DNA of 52,801 bases from Ignavibacteria bacterium (lineage in GTDB: Bacteria; Bacteroidota; Ignavibacteria; Kapaibacteriales; UBA4661), in assembly GCA_013298375.1 (NCBI GenBank), contig JAAFHM010000001.1:1-52801 (forward strand), read 5' to 3'. Every line of letters begins with the position of its first letter. The stretch's first letter is position 1. The translations under genes and the position numbers were made by a program. Positions 48,401 through 52,801 of this stretch are shown here, piece after piece. The notes below the pieces were generated by a model. It searched no databases and was not told where the DNA came from. It saw only the letters and a program-made list of their open reading frames with translations.

Positions 48401-48970
48401 GGCAAGCGGCGATGCGCCGAGATTCTTGAAGGCAACAAATGTGCGTCTGGTGCGGTCAAATTTTCCTAAACCGTCATTCGTTGCCAGCCAAAGCGCACCA
48501 CTCTCGTCTTCCGTGATTGCACGAACCTCTGCCCCTACGGTCTTTTCCGAAGAAGTGTTATCATTTGTACCATTACCAAAATTGGTGAATTTTTCGGTCA
48601 TATAATCAAACATACTCAGACCGCCGCTTTTGGTACCAACCCACAGCATTCCGTTTTTATCCTCGTAAAGTGCTTGCGCATGGCTGTCGGCAATGCTTCC
48701 GGCGAGTGTTGTATTCCGAAAAATGGTAAAGGTATAGCCATCAAAACGGTTTAATCCATCTTGCGTTGCAATCCACAAAAAGCCCCGTTTATCCTGCAAA
48801 ATACGGAATGCATTGCTTTGAGATAAACCTTCTTCGACAGAATAATGAGAGAAATTCACAATCGGTTGAGCTGGAAGCGAGAGATTGCCAGCAAAAAATA
48901 CCATCAAAACCAAACACAGCACTAGGGCGGAATAACGCAAGAGAGCGGAGGTTTGTTGTGCTATTGGCAT
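45410..48970 (-). CDS. Sensor histidine kinase with periplasmic two-component-regulator propeller repeats and Y_Y_Y domain
   Basis: More than 12 repeats of the form D..G.LW.GT..GL..F(D/N) are followed by a Y_Y_Y-like region (YAYKLEGFDENWQY). Then come a TM helix, a roughly 100-aa coiled coil, the H-box SISHEFRTPITVIQ and an HATPase domain (GVGLGLSIVNKLI). I chose the ATG at 48970 (MPIAQQ), just before the signal/TM segment. Confidence 0.85.
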   Translation of the reverse strand: MPIAQQTSALLRYSALVLCLVLMVFFAGNLSLPAQPIVNFSHYSVEEGLSQSNAFRILQDKRGFLWIATQDGLNRFDGYTFTIFRNTTLAGSIADSHAQALYEDKNGMLWVGTKSGGLSMFDYMTEKFTNFGNGTNDNTSSEKTVGAEVRAITEDESGALWLATNDGLGKFDRTRRTFVAFKNLGASPLANDMYAIAAEKENVLWIGTAEGLIKFSTSTGKALLFSKELAHPKVYSLLLGKATSRLWIGTENGLSVLERESQTFTTLRQTSPAMQVFSVNSIRALCEDRQGKLWLGTYGGGLLHFDPLTQTFTAHKAEDTRSASLSNNFIISLYEDRSGVIWAGSYGSGVNKYDPALAKFTTYQRNTHNPAPISNHFVYSFLEDRKGTLWVGTSNGLNKLANRTTGEFVQYFPGTKADGSNPLNTIRAIHEDTKGILWLATGKGLVRFNPTDGRFTTFNPPNTNPGIPDTNSFSHAIVTDNEGMLWLGTMGAGIYRFNPASGKFIAHYTHEQNNENSLAHNYIFGLYKDSKGDIWIATNGGGISRLKPLTQEFTTYKHSAANAGSLSNNIVRSVYQDRTGRMWFGTAGGLNRFDAEKQTFTALRDKDGLPNNVIYGILEDNSGNLWLSTNRGLSRYTPDVSAKSDEKSMTRMFHNFDAADGLQNNEFNTGAYYKGASGRMYFGGIRGFNEFFPDSIRNNAYMMPVIITGLRKRDIPVVLPQSISIMNEIEIPAQDNVISFQFTALNFTLPEKNVYAYKLEGFDENWQYCGTRREVTYTNLSGGTYILRVKAANNDGVWNEEGTALRVVILPYWYLRWWAIAIWVGMAAAAAFAVYKWRVKTIEETNRLLQKTVDERTQEVQRQITILNELAQEIELANMELQDRNSQVENRNVQFAEINQQLNEKNQLLDQTLEELHSLNQELESRIQERTIELKQAKEALENALVQEQEINTLRARLIASISHEFRTPITVIQSSCGILQRYIDKMSSDQRQKQFGHIEESSKRLVSILDAVITMSTIENRQLRLMPADVVRRTEELVRDFNVNQAQEFGENAHIITFEAETETSVMNIDEESLRQVLSNVLSNAVKFSPPKTTVEVTFKQKTDTVVWSVKDAGMGIADEDMPYVFDLFYRSEKTESSTIQGVGLGLSIVNKLIEIMRGEVWFETEVGNGTTFFVEIPILQRGTI

Positions 48971-49275
48971 GAGTAAAAATGATTGCACAAGAGCGCACGG
49001 TCTGGCTTCGGTAGCATAGACAGTTTTGTCTGTGTCCCAACTATCACTGTCCATGTGCTGAACTGGTATAATTCCCATAGTTTGACTATCCCTCATAAAA
49101 ATACATTCTTGGTTGGGGCATTACGAATAATGACCGTCACAAATTGGAGTACATCACCACAAATATAGCAACATCTTTTGTTCTATCTGCCTTTTCTCTG
49201 CGAAAATAATGCCACAATCCTGCTTTTTTCGTAGTTTTGTTTTTGTTTCTTCACCATTTGAAAAGGACAGGTGCG

Positions 49276-50766
49276 ATGCAGCGAAAAGTTATTGTCGTGG
49301 GTGGTGGTCTGGCGGGCTTGAGCGGCGCAGTGCGGCTTGCGCGAATGGGTTTTCGGGTGCAGCTTTTTGAAAAAAATGAGCGCACGGGTGGAAAAATGAA
49401 TGCACTCGCCTTACGCGGCGAAAAGGGCGAATACCGCTTTGGCACGGGTCCTTCGCTACTAACAATGCCCTTTGTCTTTGACGAACTCTTTGACTTTGCT
49501 GGCGTAGAGCGCTCTTCGGTGCTTGATTTTGTTCCTGTGGAGCCGATTTGCCGCTATTTTTATCCCGACGGCACACGGCTCAACACCTACGCTGACAAAA
49601 CGCGCATGATGCATGAACTTCACGCCGTCATTTCACCGCAAGAAGCGAGGAATTACGAGGCTTTTCTGGATTACACCAAACAAATTTACGACCTGACGGC
49701 AGAGATTTTTCTTTTCACACCCTTCCAAGAACTCCGTAAACTCCTGCATCTACGGCATATTCCGACGCTTTTGCGCTTACCGCGCATTGACCCCATGCGC
49801 AGCGTTCATGCCGCCGTAAGCGCGTATTTCCGCGACCCGCGCCTTATCCAACTTTTTGACCGCTACCCCACCTACAACGGTTCCAATCCCTTTGAAGCGC
49901 CCGCAACCCTGAATATTATTCCTTGGGTGGAATATGGCTTTGGTGGTTTCTATGTTCGTGGCGGGATGTACCGTTTGGCAGAAGAAATAACGCGGCTTGC
50001 AGAGCAGTTGGGTGTAGAAATCAAGGCAGGATGCGCGGTGGAGAAAATTCTTCACGACGGTAAGCGTGTGCGCGGTGTGCAGGTGGATGGCGAAAAATTC
50101 GATGCTGACTATGTTCTCTGTAATGCCGATGTTGTCGAGGCTCACAATACGCTTATTGACGGCTTTGCTTCGCGGCAAAAGCGTCTCAATAGCTTAGAAC
50201 CGTCGCTTTCGGGAATGGTTATGTATTGGGGGATGAAGCGCACATTTCCTGAGCTTCAGCATCACAATATTATTTTTTCGAGCGATTACAAGCGAGAATT
50301 TGACCAGATTTTCACTCAAAAGGTAGCGCCGGACGAACCGACGGTGTATATTTCCATCAGTTCCAAAACCGATGCGGCACACGCGCCAGAAGGTGGCGAA
50401 AATTGGTTTGTTCTGCTCAATATGCCCTATCTCAACGGGCAGAACTGGCAACGCGAGAAAGACCGCATGAAATCGTCGGTGTTGAAGCGTCTTGCTGCTG
50501 TTGGTATTGATGCCGAAAGTGCCATAGACTGCGAACACACCCACACACCGCAAGACCTCTACGATCTTTACCGCAGCAACAAAGGCAGCATCTACGGTAT
50601 TTCCTCGAATACGCAAATGGCAGCGTTTATGCGCCCTGCGAACCGTAGCCGGGATTTACGAGGGTTGTATTTTTGTGGTGGTTCATCGCATCCGGGGGGC
50701 GGAGTACCGCTTGTGGTCTTATCGGGAAAAATGGCTGCGGAGTTGATTCAGGAGGATGCGCAATGA
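49276..50766 (+). CDS. Phytoene desaturase-family FAD-dependent oxidoreductase (CrtI/CrtD-like)
   Basis: The dinucleotide-binding N-terminus is KVIVVGGGLAGLSGAVRLARMGFRVQLFEKNERTGGK. The C-terminal motif is LYFCGGSSHPGGGVPLVVLSG. The exact carotenoid step cannot be assigned by eye. Confidence 0.82.
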   Translation: MQRKVIVVGGGLAGLSGAVRLARMGFRVQLFEKNERTGGKMNALALRGEKGEYRFGTGPSLLTMPFVFDELFDFAGVERSSVLDFVPVEPICRYFYPDGTRLNTYADKTRMMHELHAVISPQEARNYEAFLDYTKQIYDLTAEIFLFTPFQELRKLLHLRHIPTLLRLPRIDPMRSVHAAVSAYFRDPRLIQLFDRYPTYNGSNPFEAPATLNIIPWVEYGFGGFYVRGGMYRLAEEITRLAEQLGVEIKAGCAVEKILHDGKRVRGVQVDGEKFDADYVLCNADVVEAHNTLIDGFASRQKRLNSLEPSLSGMVMYWGMKRTFPELQHHNIIFSSDYKREFDQIFTQKVAPDEPTVYISISSKTDAAHAPEGGENWFVLLNMPYLNGQNWQREKDRMKSSVLKRLAAVGIDAESAIDCEHTHTPQDLYDLYRSNKGSIYGISSNTQMAAFMRPANRSRDLRGLYFCGGSSHPGGGVPLVVLSGKMAAELIQEDAQ

Positions 50767-50866
50767 AAAATAGAAATCTCTCTAAAAAACTTGCATAAAC
50801 ACGGGATTTACGCTATTTTCCGCCTCATCCGAATTTTTCTTTTACCGTATTTTCCAGAACAGCACT

Positions 50867-51199
50867 ATGAATGAAATTCCTCAAGACCAGACCATGAATA
50901 TCAATATCGAACTTGGCGAAAAAGAAGCCGAAGGTATCTACTCCAACATGGCGATAATTTCCCACTCACCGGCGGAATTTATCGTTGATTTTACGCGCAT
51001 TCTGCCCGGTGTGCCGAAAGCCCGCGTCCATGCTCGTATCGTGATGACACCACAACACGCAAAATACCTGCTCCATGCTCTGCACGACAATATCACCCGC
51101 TACGAAGCGCAGTACGGCGAAATCAATATCGAACACCAGATGAATCCTGCTGGCGGGACGTTTCCTGTTGGCGGCAATTCGGGAGCGCAATTTCACTAA
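50867..51199 (+). CDS. DUF3467 family protein
   Basis: NIELGEKEAEGIYSNMAIISHSPAEFIVDFTRILPGVPKARVHARIVMTPQHAKYLLHAL matches my recollection of DUF3467. Confidence 0.72.
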   Translation: MNEIPQDQTMNINIELGEKEAEGIYSNMAIISHSPAEFIVDFTRILPGVPKARVHARIVMTPQHAKYLLHALHDNITRYEAQYGEINIEHQMNPAGGTFPVGGNSGAQFH

Positions 51200-51225
51200 A
51201 GTATCATTTATCGCTTCAATAAACC

Positions 51226-51474
51226 TTGAGTTCAATATCCATCCATCTACCAGATTCCTTACTTTTCGGCTTGCAACAGGTTTCTGCTGCCGAAGGTATC
51301 GAAATTGAGCAGTTTATTACTTCTGCTATTGCCGAAAAATTATCGGTGTTTTTGTCGGAAACATATTTGCAAGACCGTGCAGCACGAGGCAGTAGAGAAA
51401 AATTTCTTGCAGTGCTGGACAAAGTACCAAACGTTGATCCCGAAAAACACGATAGGATATCAATCTCTGCCTAG
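51226..51474 (+). CDS. Ribbon-helix-helix / HicB-like antitoxin-type protein, with no toxin gene adjacent
   Basis: ISIHLPDSLLFGLQQVSAAEGIEIEQFITSAIAEKLS...YLQDRAARGSREKFLAVLDKVPNVDPEKHDRI resembles RHH antitoxins annotated as HicB or YlcI-like. There is only a TTG start and no ATG in frame. Confidence 0.5.
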   Translation: MSSISIHLPDSLLFGLQQVSAAEGIEIEQFITSAIAEKLSVFLSETYLQDRAARGSREKFLAVLDKVPNVDPEKHDRISISA

Positions 51475-51598
51475 GAAATCTCGTGCTTCATCACCGATAA
51501 CCTGTATCACAGCGTCATTGAGTTGTTGGTTGTCGTTCTCATGTTGTCATTCGTAGTTCTCAATTTTCAATTCGTAATTTTCTTTTCAGGAGGTTTTT

Positions 51599-52801
51599 GT
51601 GCATAACGGAAACGTTGTTCTTACCTTGCATACGCACTTGCCGTGGGTGCTTCATCACGGTGCTTGGCCCCACGGTTCGGATTGGCTTTGCGAGGCGGTG
51701 GCGGAGTGTTACATTCCGCTTCTCAATATTTTGAACGAACTCGTTGAAGAAGGCTCTACTTCTAAGATGACGTTTGATATTTCGCCAGTTCTGTGTGAGC
51801 AGATGGAGCATCCCGATTTCGAGGCAATTTTTGTTCAATATTGCCAAGACAAGATTTTGGGCGCTCAGGCGGACTACGAGTATTTCATTCACAGTGAACA
51901 CGAACAGTTTTTTGCGCCAATGGCAAAATTCTGGGAGTCGTGGTATGCCGAAAAGCGCGAACAATACTTGCACCGCTACAATAAATCCGTTATTGGCGGC
52001 TTCAAAAAGCTGCAAGATGCCGGAGTGATTGAGGTGATGACCTGCGGTGCAACGCACGGTTATTTCGCGCTTTTGGGCATGGACAAAAGTATTCGCCTGC
52101 AGATGAAAGCGGCAAAAGAAAACTATATCAAATATTTCGGCAGAGCGCCACGCGGAACGTGGTTGCCGGAATGCGCATACCGTCCGGGCTTTGATTGGCG
52201 CACCTATTTGAAATCGCCGCACCATCAGAATCCAACCTACCGCTACGGTGTAGAAAACTACGTCAAAGAGCAGGGCATTGATTACTTTGTTGTGGATGAG
52301 CAGTTGCCCAAAGGCGGCATTCCGCTTGGTGTGTTGATTGACCAAGATGGCGACAAACAGCGTATGCTTTCGGTCTATTCGCCGGAATACACGCAGTTCC
52401 CTTGGAATTTCGATAAATCGCCGATGAGCCTCTACAACGTCAGTTCGCATGGCGATTTAGACAACCAAAAAACGGCAGTTGCTTTTGCGCGACACCAAAA
52501 TATTGCCATGCAGGTTTGGAGCGCTGAAGCGGGCTACCCGGGCGACCCCGATTATCTGGATTTTCACAAAAAGAAAATGCCGTCCGGCTTGCGTTACTGG
52601 CGCGTAACTGACACCAAAGCCGATATGCAGTACAAGCAGCCCTACAACCCTGATTGGATTCTGGGCAAAATCGGTAATCAAGTTCATCACTTTGCCTATT
52701 GCATCGAAGGCGCACTTTCACACTATAAGCAGCAAACGGGCAAAGAAGGAACGCTCTGTCTGCCCTTTGATACGGAGCTTTTTGGACACTGGTGGTTCGA
52801 G
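51599..52801 (+). CDS. GH57-family 1,4-alpha-glucan branching enzyme, 3'-truncated by the window edge
   Basis: This gene is not in the supplied ORF track because no stop is reached. A GTG at 51599 follows CAGGAGG. My hand translation gives 401 stop-free codons: VHNGNVVLTLHTHLPWVLHHGAWPHGSDWLCEAVAECYIPLL...TCGATHGY...WLPECAY...YPGDPDYLDFHKK...PFDTELFGHWWFE. These are hallmark GH57 motifs. Confidence 0.88.
   Translation, partial: MHNGNVVLTLHTHLPWVLHHGAWPHGSDWLCEAVAECYIPLLNILNELVEEGSTSKMTFDISPVLCEQMEHPDFEAIFVQYCQDKILGAQADYEYFIHSEHEQFFAPMAKFWESWYAEKREQYLHRYNKSVIGGFKKLQDAGVIEVMTCGATHGYFALLGMDKSIRLQMKAAKENYIKYFGRAPRGTWLPECAYRPGFDWRTYLKSPHHQNPTYRYGVENYVKEQGIDYFVVDEQLPKGGIPLGVLIDQDGDKQRMLSVYSPEYTQFPWNFDKSPMSLYNVSSHGDLDNQKTAVAFARHQNIAMQVWSAEAGYPGDPDYLDFHKKKMPSGLRYWRVTDTKADMQYKQPYNPDWILGKIGNQVHHFAYCIEGALSHYKQQTGKEGTLCLPFDTELFGHWWFE

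Noticed and set aside
48971-49096. A 42-aa N-terminal extension of the propeller kinase ORF (start at 49096).
   Set aside because: The extension is hydrophilic and precedes the signal/TM segment. The internal ATG at 48970 gives a standard N-terminus. The start remains unverified.
51560-52450. A 296-aa minus-strand ORF listed in the track.
   Set aside because: It is antisense to a plus-strand frame carrying unmistakable GH57 motifs. It has no recognisable features of its own.
1-52801. A search for mobile elements, prophage genes, reverse transcriptases, cas genes and tRNA/rRNA genes.
   Set aside because: No ORF shows transposase DDE, integrase R-H-R-Y, RT YxDD or Cas motifs, and no tRNA cloverleaf could be built. 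Absence is judged by eye only and should be confirmed with tRNAscan-SE, ISfinder or HMM tools.

Overview
This is a 52.8-kb, gene-dense chromosomal segment. I call about 45 CDS and found no rRNA, tRNA, CRISPR array, transposase or integrase. All calls rest on motif recognition by eye; no BLAST or HMM search was possible.

The content points to a bacterium of the FCB group (Bacteroidota/Chlorobiota/Ignavibacteriota-like). The evidence is a fused lpxC-fabZ gene, four proteins ending in Por/T9SS C-terminal sorting domains, a propeller-type sensor kinase, an ArgF'-type (acyl-ornithine) carbamoyltransferase and a GH57 glucan branching enzyme.

Housekeeping blocks:
- murF, lpxD, lpxC/fabZ
- trpS, fmt
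- argF', argB, argE-like
- polX
- a CrtI-family desaturase

Accessory or less ordinary content:
- A compact co-directional run of DUF1697, a ChlI-like AAA+ ATPase, a VapBC-like PIN module and RtcB.
- A minus-strand signalling operon (OmpA/FecR membrane protein, sensor kinase, receiver-kinase hybrid), followed by a T9SS-exported PGRP-type amidase, a TlpA-like thioredoxin and a 1186-aa propeller kinase.
- A DinB, DCC-thiol oxidoreductase and membrane methyltransferase operon.
- Several structured non-coding elements: a 7-copy CACGAAT heptamer array in inverted halves, a 29-nt G5/C5 inverted repeat, a 342-nt structured leader and an 11-12-nt motif found only in intergenic DNA.

The supplied ORF track misses a 401-codon GH57 gene that runs off the 3' edge. 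It shows a 296-aa antisense shadow ORF there instead.

I did not find an unambiguous new system. The RtcB/PIN/AAA+ neighbourhood, the OmpA-FecR two-component operon and the non-coding repeat elements are the best candidates, and all of them need database and synteny checks.
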